A stretch of 63,659 nt of DNA, the filler included, from Trichomonas gallinae (Eukaryota), in the NCBI GenBank assembly GCA_008369845.1. It is 5 parts of 5 records of this genome, joined end to end, with 100 filler letters (N's around TTAATTAATTAA, not from the genome) between each part and the next. Parts side by side here need not be neighbours in the genome. Positions count along the whole stretch, not along the records: positions 11,253 to 28,216 come from MRSU01000096.1; positions 28,317 to 51,312 come from MRSU01000099.1; 3 more parts are not named here. One strand, written 5' to 3'. How positions within the stretch are numbered: the stretch's first letter is position 1; every line of letters begins with the position of its first letter. The notes under the pieces are model-generated. The model was given only the letters and a program-made list of their open reading frames with translations. It searched no databases and was not told the origin of the DNA. Shown here one piece after another: positions 22,175 through 31,612 of this stretch. A program made the translations under genes and the position numbers.

Positions 22175-23071
22175 ATGGATTCAAATGAGCCTGTTTTCTC
22201 TTTCGATTATGATGGAGAAGATTTCACAATACAGGTAGACGAATACTCTCTCAGGGGCTGCTATTGGATCCCTCAAAATCATGTTGTTGAATACACTGTA
22301 ATTTATGTTCACGATATTGGTTCATTTGGAAGCCAAAATCACGACGTTTTCGATGTTATTACACAGAAAGGCGGCGCTGTCTTTGTTTGCGATCACTTAG
22401 GCCACGGAAGATCCCCAGGACCAAGATTGGGCTTAACTATACAAGATATTACAAAAGAAATAGGTGCAATGATTCACTACGCAGTTAGTACATACAGAAA
22501 TGTGCCGCTTTACTTATACGGATCTGCTGGTGGTGCACTTGCGATTTTATCTTTCATTTTGGACAGAGGACTTCACCATGATCTTGTTTCTGGTGTTGTT
22601 CTTGAATCTCCATGGGTTGGGTCATGGGAACAACGCGAAATTGGCGTATTTGAAACAGCTTTTTATTTGTTATTGAACAAAATCATGCCAAATTATATAT
22701 TTGATTTGAAATTCACGCGCTACACAACAGAAACATTCAAGACATTCGTTGAAATGTCAGAAAAATGCCCGCTTTACTTTCCATATATGACTCCGAAAGC
22801 CTATATATCAGCCATGCAAACAATTACAACAGTTCGCTCGAAATACGAAACATGGCCGAATTCCATTCGTTTATTCATTGCTTGCGCAAGAGATGATACA
22901 GTTTTTATCTCCAGTCAAGTTATCGAGTTTATGAATGGAATAAAACGTGCAGTTAAGGCTGCAGATGGGAAAGTTTACGGATCTGAGCATCTAATTACGA
23001 AAGGAAGACTTCGAGATACATTTCTCAATGATATCGTTTCATTTTTCTCGCTAAGTCCCAGGAAGAAATGA
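22175..23071 (+). CDS. Alpha/beta hydrolase of the monoglyceride lipase/lysophospholipase family, possibly inactive
   Basis: VIYVHDIG, VFVCDHLGHGRSPG, PLYLYGSAGGA, SGVVLESPW, ARDDTV, SEHLI: family layout intact, but the GxSxG elbow is altered. Confidence 0.85.
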   Translation: MDSNEPVFSFDYDGEDFTIQVDEYSLRGCYWIPQNHVVEYTVIYVHDIGSFGSQNHDVFDVITQKGGAVFVCDHLGHGRSPGPRLGLTIQDITKEIGAMIHYAVSTYRNVPLYLYGSAGGALAILSFILDRGLHHDLVSGVVLESPWVGSWEQREIGVFETAFYLLLNKIMPNYIFDLKFTRYTTETFKTFVEMSEKCPLYFPYMTPKAYISAMQTITTVRSKYETWPNSIRLFIACARDDTVFISSQVIEFMNGIKRAVKAADGKVYGSEHLITKGRLRDTFLNDIVSFFSLSPRKK

Positions 23072-23385
23072 TTATAATGTTTTTGTGTGTTATTGTTATT
23101 AGTAAACTATATATTATTATATTTTTAATTTTTTTGCAAATTTTCCTTGATATTATATAATTTATTATGTTTATCACCATAAAATCACATATATTCATAT
23201 AATTTTTTAAAATATTGGATCAAAAAGAAAAAATCAAATTTTATATCAAAAATGATGTATAAATTATAGTGTAAGTATGAATAAGCTTTTGTAATAGTTA
23301 ATATGATGTATATAAGCAAAAGAAAAGATAATTTTATGAAAGTATTATAATATATTATAAACTACGAACAATCAAAAGAAATAAA

Positions 23386-24540
23386 TCATCCGACATCTGA
23401 GTCTTCATCAAACTCTTCATCCTGACGCTCAATTGAATATTTAAGGATTGCCGCAATGCCTCCAAGTTCATTTAATTGGATACCAGAAGAATGTTTCGTA
23501 GAAAATACAACAACTTCGGTCTGCTGGGCCTCGAGATTTGTTTTAAGATTCAAGAAATCGATTCTTTCGTTAATCTCTAATCCACGAATATAATTATCTG
23601 TGACAAGAAGAGTTTTAACAGCACCACTCCTTGCTGCATCAAGGACATCATCTGCACCGAGGCAAATCATCGTCTGATCGTTAGCCATTATCTTCATAAA
23701 TTGATCATATGTGAAAGCCTGCTTAGTAGCCTTTAGAGTTGAAACTCTAGACTGAACTTCAGGCTTAAGAAGTACTTCATCAAGTTCTGTATAGTCACCA
23801 TTACTTACATTAGCTTCAACAAAAATATTTGCAGTGAATAAGTTCTGCATCTTGTATTGTACCATGTTTGCCCTAAGGAAATCCACAAATTCGTGTTGAA
23901 TGAAGCCAGGAGATGCAACAATGATTGATTGCATTTCGTAGATATTTGGAACTTTGACTAAAGCATCAGCAGTCATTCCGAAGAACTTCTTTTTAGCTTC
24001 AGCACTCTTTCCACTGCCACCGTGCACACGAATCTTCGGGATTGACGTAGTAATAGTTGCAAGGCAGACAGATGTTGATCTTCCGACGACACAGATGCTT
24101 GAAACACCAGATTTCATGATAACAGCTGCAACGTTAGCTGTTAGTGTTGGATCAGAAGCTTCTTTAAGTTCATCATATGTAAATTGATCCCAGCATTCTT
24201 TAGTAAGGAAGAAGCTACGTGATGAGTCGAGAAGAACACGTTGGAATGAGCCTTCTTTCGCATCGAAAAGGTCGTGAAGAAGTTTGCCGCGAATTCTCAT
24301 TTCGTTAACTCCTGGCTGATATTCAACTTCTGTGACTTCGATTGTAGCGTTGCTAAGTTTGTTGGTATGATCTGCTTTTCCTGTTGCGGATAATTTTGTA
24401 ACTTTTCTGCGGATTTGAGATTTTAGATGATCTCCAACACGGATAATGTTGGCAAGCGTCCAAAAATCTTCGAGATTGTCAATTGATATTTCAACGGTTC
24501 CTTGTTCGTTAACAGCAATTTTGGATAGATCGACTTTCAT
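23386..24540 (-). CDS. PELO: Pelota/Dom34 (eRF1-family ribosome rescue factor)
   Basis: EDFWTLANIIRVGD...RRKV, IIVASPGF, GAVKTLLVTD, VVVFSTKHSSGIQLNELGGIAAILKY. ATG at 24540 preceded by GTCACTTTT Inr. Confidence 0.93.
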   Translation of the reverse strand: MKVDLSKIAVNEQGTVEISIDNLEDFWTLANIIRVGDHLKSQIRRKVTKLSATGKADHTNKLSNATIEVTEVEYQPGVNEMRIRGKLLHDLFDAKEGSFQRVLLDSSRSFFLTKECWDQFTYDELKEASDPTLTANVAAVIMKSGVSSICVVGRSTSVCLATITTSIPKIRVHGGSGKSAEAKKKFFGMTADALVKVPNIYEMQSIIVASPGFIQHEFVDFLRANMVQYKMQNLFTANIFVEANVSNGDYTELDEVLLKPEVQSRVSTLKATKQAFTYDQFMKIMANDQTMICLGADDVLDAARSGAVKTLLVTDNYIRGLEINERIDFLNLKTNLEAQQTEVVVFSTKHSSGIQLNELGGIAAILKYSIERQDEEFDEDSDVG

Positions 24541-24548
24541 TTTATAAA

Positions 24549-24553
24549 AGTGA
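24549..24553 (-). promoter_or_regulatory. Initiator element (TCACT) of the pelota gene
   Basis: Minus strand reads GTCACTTTTATAAAATG, matching the trichomonad Inr TCAYW. A near-identical arrangement sits at 43292-43296. Confidence 0.7.
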
Positions 24554-25188
24554 CACAAAATTTTAAGGCACTTTTATCATGCATAACCATCTTCACACCT
24601 CGTTTTGCTTCTACTAGCAGTCTATCCTTCTAGCGCTTCTATATTTCAAAGATCAGCTGATTAAATTGGATATTCCAATTTTATCATAATTTGAGATACT
24701 GGATAAAGATTTAAAACAATTGAAACTATAAAATCTAACTCGAATTATTGATATATTTTTAATGTCATGTGTTATTCTTCTTAATATAATTTATTTTTTG
24801 TTTTATTAATGATAAATATTCACCCACAATCTCGATTAAATTACTCTAATCAATTGCTATGTTAGCATGTTTATTGGCTCATAATCATCTGTTAAAATAT
24901 GGAATTCAATTTTTAATATATTTTGTATGGCTATATAGCATTTGAAATTATTATATATAACTCGAAATAGTACTAATATTTAAGTGTGAATTGTTATTTT
25001 CATATAATCAATACATTTCAATTAATCTTTGAGACATAGCTATATTTAATCATTATATTTGTATCACCAAACAAATAAGAATCAATGAAATTTATTACAA
25101 TAGTAAACTGCTCTTTTTTAAAATGCGAATATTTATGAAAACATACAATTTAGCTAAGTTCAATATAATTAATAGAGATAGAAAGATT

Positions 25189-26142
25189 TTATTGAATAAG
25201 AGACATTGTTGAGGCTGTCCTTTGGATATTAACAAATCTATAAACAGGCATAGAATTAGTTATGCTTAAAATAAGACATACAATTCCAAGAATAAACGAT
25301 AAAGCTGTCATTGCTAGTAAAAAGTAAGCTGCTATAATATTTCTTCCGCCAAACCACCCAACTTCTTCGATCACAAGTGATTTACGGCCTCCAAATGATT
25401 TAACAGGATAGTTGTTTGAAATTAATATCTCGTAAGTTCCAGATTTGAGCAAATTTGTATTTAGTTTTCCCCATGTCTTTTTGAATGTTGAAAACGGAGA
25501 TATGAGCATCCAATTAATGAAATCTTCATTCTTGAAGCCTCCTGGAAATCTATTTTCATCAAGTATGAAAACTGAGTTATTTGTATTGTAACTACTGTCA
25601 ATCGGTTTCATTGGCTTTATATAGTTTTTAGGCGTAATATCAGTTCTTCTTATCTTTGGAAAATTATGGTCGAAGAAAAATGTATCATTGAATATAGATT
25701 TCGGCACTGCACCGCATGGCATGTATTTCTTAGTATGATCATCATCCGCAAACTCAACGGAATCACATAATTTTGTCGATGCTTTATTATAAGGAACTCC
25801 AAATAACTGATCGTAGCTTTTTGAACTCGAAAATATGAATGAATTTTGATAGAATGCCTTTATCTTGTAATAAATCCAAATATTGCCGAGCATATCTTCC
25901 GGAATAGTAATAATGGTTGTAATATTGATTTCAGAGAATTCGGTATAGTCAAACTCAAACCTCTTCATGTTTTTGGTTGTAATCAGGAGGAATATAGAAG
26001 GAGTAGCAGTAATTATGGAAAACATAAATAAAATTACTGCACCAGACATGGGTGTAAGGAATGGCTTACATCCAGGAATCCTTTGCTGCAAGAATTTATT
26101 GTCTGAATGAGGAATTTCAACAACGTTGAAACTTTTGCTCAT
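25189..26142 (-). CDS. CDC50: CDC50/LEM3 family P4-ATPase (flippase) beta subunit
   Basis: NKFLQQRIPG.KP.LTP, TM1, WIYYKIKAFYQN...SKSYDQL.G, PCGAVPKSIFNDTF, NEDFINWM.ISPFSTFKK, I.NNYPVKSFGGRKS, WFGGRN, TM2. Likely start at 26142. Confidence 0.92.
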   Translation of the reverse strand: MSKSFNVVEIPHSDNKFLQQRIPGCKPFLTPMSGAVILFMFSIITATPSIFLLITTKNMKRFEFDYTEFSEINITTIITIPEDMLGNIWIYYKIKAFYQNSFIFSSSKSYDQLFGVPYNKASTKLCDSVEFADDDHTKKYMPCGAVPKSIFNDTFFFDHNFPKIRRTDITPKNYIKPMKPIDSSYNTNNSVFILDENRFPGGFKNEDFINWMLISPFSTFKKTWGKLNTNLLKSGTYEILISNNYPVKSFGGRKSLVIEEVGWFGGRNIIAAYFLLAMTALSFILGIVCLILSITNSMPVYRFVNIQRTASTMSLIQ

Positions 26143-27195
26143 TCTTTCGATGTCAAAGCTTTTTCTGAAATTGACGAATGAGCCAAAACTCACTCCATTT
26201 ATCATTTCATATTGATATGTTATCATTCGATGTATCAGCAAATTTGGAGATGTAAACTTGAAATCTGACATTTTTTCGCAGATCATATTGACACAAATAC
26301 GCAAAACTCACACAATATATAGTCTAATTTTATAGAATATACTAGCAATACAAGCACATGGGAAACTATTTTCATTCTTAACATGAATATTTATTACTGA
26401 TTTATTAATTTCATAAATTAGGTTAAATGAATTGGATATCCTATGAAATATTTCTATTTATTTAAGTTTATATCTTAATAAATCGTGTATTTTTTTGTGC
26501 ATTTTAAAATCTTATATTTCATATATAAAATGGATGATTTTGAAAGAGTTTGTTTATGTAATGAGCATATATTTTCCTAGTGTTGACTGTATATTAGAAG
26601 ATGTATAGCCCTTTTCTGGTGGATTTCTCTAGAAAATCACTAATTATAATTTTTGCCATGTAAATTTTTTTTTGGCAAATTGCATTTTCTAAAGATCTCC
26701 TAAAGACATGTGGTGCTGAAATTCTTGCTGTTTGAGTTATACATAGGCGCCAATAATGCACCGGTAGTGTTGCTTCATAAGCTAATAATTTGAATGAAAT
26801 TACTGTTCATTTGAAGGAGGATGAAGAGCGCTACTGGCATAAAAACCAAATTTAGATAACAGTAATGTATCCATTTATAGATTTGAAGTGAGTAACTTAA
26901 GGTTCTGAGTTTATAATCGAAATCCTTTTATGTGCCCGTCAAGCTGAAAAATAGATTGAAAAAATTGATAAGCTATTCAAAAGTTTATTAATTTATACAA
27001 AAATTGAACTTGATTTTTTGAACATATTTAATGGGATTATCATATAAAATATATTTATGCAAAAATAATTTTGAGAGATTTTATATTTACATTTTTCGGC
27101 GTCAAAATAGTACTAATAAACATGTTTTCTATCAAATGCCAAAATATTTGATCAATTCTTTCAAATGATATTTCAGCAGCATTCAAAAAATAGTT

Positions 27196-28020
27196 ATGAC
27201 AAGCAGACGAGATGTAACAATCAATAATACTTTTCGTGTTTCGGGGAGACGACACTCAGTGCAGCCTCAATCTGTCCCTTGGGTTTTCTTAGAAAACAAT
27301 ATTATGCCGAAAAGACGCAGATCAAGGAATATTATTGAAGAAATTTCTTTACCGCCGAAACAAATGACTTTCGGAACTGATTACATGTTTTCTAACACCT
27401 CTGTTGCATTTACTAAACAGGAAATTAATTTGATCAATGGCCATAGAATTCTAGGAGAAGAAATGGGAGTGAAAAGCGAAGCATCTCGTATAGATCTCGC
27501 GAAAATAGTACATGCTGAATCGAAAATCAATCTAAGATCTGAAATTAAAAAGGAGAAAGAAGAAAATCATAAAAGTAGGGGTCCGCAATATATATTAGCC
27601 GAGACCAGAGATGATGAATTAATCACTCCAAGAGCTTTTAACAATGACTCAGAAGAATTTTTCGTTGATTCCGCTGAGAAGTTCAAACTTAACAATGCAG
27701 ATCTGAATAATGATGCATTAATAGAAAAACTGCATGCAAATGACAACTCCCAAATGAAGAAATTAATTCTTCAATCTTTGATGCCTGAGAATTCCGTCCA
27801 AAAAGCCCGTATTCAGTTATGTAACTATCAAATATCCAATGGTAAGCAGATCAATGAAAAAATTACTGCCGGTAAGAAAAACATTAGAAAAGCAATTACA
27901 GCTGTTGCAGATCAACATGAGTCCAAAGTTGTACACAGACTCAGTATTTTCCCTGACCCACGAGAAATGGACTATGAGTCAATATCTCAAATGAATTCTT
28001 ATTACGGCGGGAAGTATTAA
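27196..28020 (+). CDS. Hypothetical protein
   Basis: 274-aa ORF with TCA/Inr-like sequence upstream and a basic RPKRRR-type patch (PKRRRSR); no domain recognised. Confidence 0.7.
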   Translation: MTSRRDVTINNTFRVSGRRHSVQPQSVPWVFLENNIMPKRRRSRNIIEEISLPPKQMTFGTDYMFSNTSVAFTKQEINLINGHRILGEEMGVKSEASRIDLAKIVHAESKINLRSEIKKEKEENHKSRGPQYILAETRDDELITPRAFNNDSEEFFVDSAEKFKLNNADLNNDALIEKLHANDNSQMKKLILQSLMPENSVQKARIQLCNYQISNGKQINEKITAGKKNIRKAITAVADQHESKVVHRLSIFPDPREMDYESISQMNSYYGGKY

Positions 28021-28216
28021 ACTGACAAACAAATATATTGGTATTTGACTATTGTTATTTGAAATGATATTAGTCAGTGCCTCAAATTTAACTCTATATC
28101 AAATTATATAATCTTGTTTTTATTAAATCGATTTAAAAAAGGTACTCCAGCTGACTTCTGACGCTCCGTTGGCAGCGAAACTTTGGATATAGGTAGACCA
28201 TACCATAGAGGATCTA

Positions 28217-28316
28217 NNNNNNNNNNNNNNNNNNNNNNNNNNNNNNNNNNNNNNNNNNNNTTAATTAATTAANNNNNNNNNNNNNNNNNNNNNNNNNNNN
28301 NNNNNNNNNNNNNNNN
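28217..28316. other. Artificial contig spacer
   Basis: N44-TTAATTAATTAA-N44. Confidence 0.97.
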
Positions 28317-28490
28317 ACACCATCAAGTACACCTTCTTCAACACCATCAAGTACACCTTCTTCAACACCATCAAGTACACCTTCTTCAACACCATCGAGT
28401 ACTCCATCAAGTACTCCTTCTTCAACACTATCAAGTACTCCTTCTTCAACACCATCGAGTACCCCATCAAGTACTCCTTCCTCAACACCA
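28317..28490 (+). repeat. 12-nt-unit coding tandem repeat (Thr-Pro-Ser-Ser)n with a 24-nt higher-order period
   Basis: acaccatcaagt acaccttcttca repeated about 7 times; runs into the assembly gap. Confidence 0.95.
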
Positions 28491-28958
28491 GATATGACGA
28501 AAGTTCCAGAAAGAACAGAAATACCTGAAAGAACTAAATTCCCAGATAGAACAGAAATGCCAAAACCAACAATTACACCGATAATTTCAAAGAGTCAAGA
28601 TGGAGCAAAAATTATCACTGATAACGAAGTCACAAAGGATGAAGTATCAATACCTATGATCGTTGGCATAATTATTGGCATCTTAGCTCTTTTAGCGATT
28701 GTCATAATAATTATTTTCGTCACTAAAAAGAAGGATGACGATGTTGCTTCGGACGAGGCCTCACTTCCAGAATTCGATCATACTTCAGTTATACAAAACT
28801 TCGATGATATACCAATCACAACAGAAAATCCGCTTTGGGCGACAAACATCATGGAAAACTCTGAAGATCCATTCGCTCAAGATTTCGCAGAAGATCCATC
28901 AGTTCCTCAACAACTTCAACCACCACAAAAGGATCCTACAGATATGTTCTTCATATAA
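28317..28958 (+). CDS. 5'-truncated type I surface protein: Pro/Ser/Thr stalk, TM helix, cytosolic tail with ENPLW/DPF motifs
   Basis: The frame is open from the contig edge as (TPSS)n, then PERT-type repeats, TM (IVGIIIGILALLAIVIIIIFV-KKK) and tail TTENPLW...EDPFAQDF, as in trichomonad BspA/Pmp-like surface proteins. Confidence 0.85.
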   Translation, partial: TPSSTPSSTPSSTPSSTPSSTPSSTPSSTPSSTPSSTLSSTPSSTPSSTPSSTPSSTPDMTKVPERTEIPERTKFPDRTEMPKPTITPIISKSQDGAKIITDNEVTKDEVSIPMIVGIIIGILALLAIVIIIIFVTKKKDDDVASDEASLPEFDHTSVIQNFDDIPITTENPLWATNIMENSEDPFAQDFAEDPSVPQQLQPPQKDPTDMFFI

Positions 28959-29074
28959 GACTTAATTTTTATTATGTTTTATTGTTTGATTATTTAAATT
29001 ATCTTATGTATATGATTAATTTACATGACAAAAATTATATTTATTTGTCAAAATATTATTTACGTGTCATAAAT

Positions 29075-29791
29075 ATGATCAACGATCTTATTGTTGGGTT
29101 GATAAAATCAGTATTTCATTACCCGTCGTTGATTTTCTGGATATGGGTGCTTTCACCAGCCCTTGATATCCTGATTTACCTCGTTTTCATGTTTTTTGAT
29201 AGGCCCTTTACTTTTTCTACAGTTCCAATGGAATATGAAGCATATAATTTTTCCCATTTACAGTCCGCATATGCATTTATCTCATGTTTCATGTTTTTCA
29301 TCAATATTCAAATATTTTATTTTATTCGACGAGCTTTTACAAAATGCATAACGCATGCAGCACCACGTGCGAAACTAATATTCTCTTATTATTCACGATT
29401 AATGCTTGCTCCAATGATTATCAACTTAATAGCGAATTTGCTCAAAAACTTTATTAATCATAAATTGAATCCATTAATATACTTCAGCAACTATGTACTT
29501 ATTAATATATCGAATCTAGTTATAATTTACAGTTTCAATCAAATGGATAAATTGCGTGAAGGAATAATACGCCCAATTGGATGGTATGTTGACATATTCT
29601 TGTATGTTTCATACGCAATTATCTTTCCATGCATATATATGTCATTAATTTACAATTGCAAGAATTGGTATAGAATTTTAGGATCATACATGTATATAGT
29701 TGTTGCTGGTGAGTTGATAGCTAAGTATACATTCATGGCAACAGAAACTCTTGGAAATAGATTTTTGAGGCTTCCAGAAAATAATCTTTGA
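29075..29791 (+). CDS. Multi-pass membrane hypothetical protein
   Basis: About 6 hydrophobic segments. ATG 29075 follows TCATA; the track's upstream extension overlaps motif-rich promoter-like DNA. Confidence 0.65.
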   Translation: MINDLIVGLIKSVFHYPSLIFWIWVLSPALDILIYLVFMFFDRPFTFSTVPMEYEAYNFSHLQSAYAFISCFMFFINIQIFYFIRRAFTKCITHAAPRAKLIFSYYSRLMLAPMIINLIANLLKNFINHKLNPLIYFSNYVLINISNLVIIYSFNQMDKLREGIIRPIGWYVDIFLYVSYAIIFPCIYMSLIYNCKNWYRILGSYMYIVVAGELIAKYTFMATETLGNRFLRLPENNL

Positions 29792-30284
29792 ACTGTTTTG
29801 CATTAATATTTGCTATGTATCCTACCATTAATGAATAGTTGCAAACAGGTAATGCTTAGTACTTTATTTTATTATTGAAAATTTTATTTTCACTAATAAT
29901 TACAATCATAGATATTGCAATGAACTTAAGTTCATTCATTATATAATAGTTTTTGTCTTTAGTTTGAGTAAATCAATCTGCAAAAAACTTGCTGTTAAAT
30001 TTTATCAATGTTTGCACTGGTTTTATCAAGTATTGATAATTCATCGAAATTATTCTTGGCAGTAGATGAGCCAACAGGATTCGAAATAGATTAATGGTTT
30101 CTGCTTTGTGATGCTTTCATTTTCATCATCTAATTAATTAATTTAGAACGATTCTTCAATTAATATGGAAGGTTTCGACTGATAGAATCTCGGTGTTAGC
30201 CCCTTTTTAATTTAAAATAAATTGAACTACTCTGTTTGATGTTAAAATTATTAAATTGAATTACTCTGTTTGCTAATAATATCG

Positions 30285-31316
30285 ATGAAAGAATTTCTTG
30301 TTGCTTTAATTGTGTCAACTGCGATATTCGTGTCAGGTGTTTTTCTGTTTGAAAAGGCCAATGAGCTGAAAGAGAACATCAATTACGACTTAATTGAAGC
30401 ACAAGATTACAATTATCCGGCATTTGTGCTTGCCAAAGTGTTTCATTTCACGAGAAAACTCATACCATATAAACTTGTTGATAAAAATTCTTTGAGTTTC
30501 GATGAATTAAATATTCAAAGCATTCAATTTAAGAAATCAGCGTCCAATACTCCTAAAGAAGATACTAAATCAAGAGAAACTTCAAAAATAAATACACAAA
30601 AGCAAAAACAAAATGCAAATACGATTAATAAAGAAAAAATTGAAGAAGAAGAAAGAAAGAAACGTCAAATCCTCAAAGAAGAGGAAGAAAAACAACAGAT
30701 TCTTAAAGAACAGGAAGAAAAACGTCAAAAAGAAGAACAAGAAAAAATTAGAAAAGAAAAAGAAAGAGAAGCAAAAGAAAGGAGAGAAAGAGAGGAACAA
30801 GAAAGAATCAGAAGAGAGCAAGAAAAGGAGGAACAGTTACAAAGAAACTATGATGATAAAATTACAGATAGAATTCAAAAAATCTCAGACAAATTTAATT
30901 TATTATCAAATACGCAATTGGACAACATTGATTACTCGTATCCTATATTATTCACCATAAACTGTCCGCATAAAGACAATCCATCTATAACTAAATTCAA
31001 TCAATATTTGAAAGATGTTTCAACACCAAAAACTGATAACAAATGGTGTGTTTCTAAAAGCAATCCAATTTGTCAAGTGAATGTTAAAAAACCAATTCAT
31101 ATAACTCAAATTTTATTCCCATCAATTCAAGATCTTCCTGAAATGGCCTCCATAATCAGTATTGGATCAAAGAATTATACAATAGGAAAAGGACAAAACG
31201 TTGAAACACTAATTGAACAAGATTCTGGATCAATTTTCAATCTCAAATTATATGGAAAAGCAAACAACGATGAAATATGTATTTCAGACTTCCAGTTAAT
31301 TGGTAAGAATCAATAA
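30285..31316 (+). CDS. N-terminal TM, charged coiled coil and C-terminal SUN-like/galactose-binding-like domain
   Basis: TM FLVALIVSTAIFVSGVFLF; E/K/R/Q coiled coil; C-terminus KWCVSKSNPICQVNVKKPIHITQILF...FNLKLYGKANNDEICISDFQLIG resembles SUN (CW.F......V.L...I.PT.VTL...N.G..EYTCIYRFRVHG). The CDS is secure; the SUN call is tentative. Confidence 0.6.
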   Translation: MKEFLVALIVSTAIFVSGVFLFEKANELKENINYDLIEAQDYNYPAFVLAKVFHFTRKLIPYKLVDKNSLSFDELNIQSIQFKKSASNTPKEDTKSRETSKINTQKQKQNANTINKEKIEEEERKKRQILKEEEEKQQILKEQEEKRQKEEQEKIRKEKEREAKERREREEQERIRREQEKEEQLQRNYDDKITDRIQKISDKFNLLSNTQLDNIDYSYPILFTINCPHKDNPSITKFNQYLKDVSTPKTDNKWCVSKSNPICQVNVKKPIHITQILFPSIQDLPEMASIISIGSKNYTIGKGQNVETLIEQDSGSIFNLKLYGKANNDEICISDFQLIGKNQ

Positions 31317-31612
31317 CATTCTGTTTTATTTGTTTTTTATTTATTTGAATTAAAAATATACAAAAATTATCATATTTTGCCTTCTTAATATAAATTAGTA
31401 TGCTTTGTTAGTTATTTTTTCATACTATAAAACCTTTATTTTACATAAAATTAAAAACAAATTAATTTTCCTAACAAAATGAACACCAAACTATATGAAA
31501 TACAACATTTATAAGTTGTTTATATGATAATTATCAAAAATAAATTTTTTTAATAATAGTTTTATAAATAATACAAATAATATATATAACAAATAAAAAA
31601 AATATTATGCGC

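Noticed and set aside
4985..24540. Upf1 plus pelota as an mRNA-surveillance gene cluster
   Set aside because: About 16 kb apart, separated by an assembly spacer and unrelated genes; no evidence of functional clustering.
28261..28488. Minus-strand ORF with VLKKEYLM repeats
   Set aside because: Antisense shadow of the (TPSS)n coding repeat, and it runs into Ns.
30582..30960. Phe-rich antisense ORF and Lys-rich alternative-frame ORF
   Set aside because: Shadows of the GAA/AAA-rich coiled-coil coding region.
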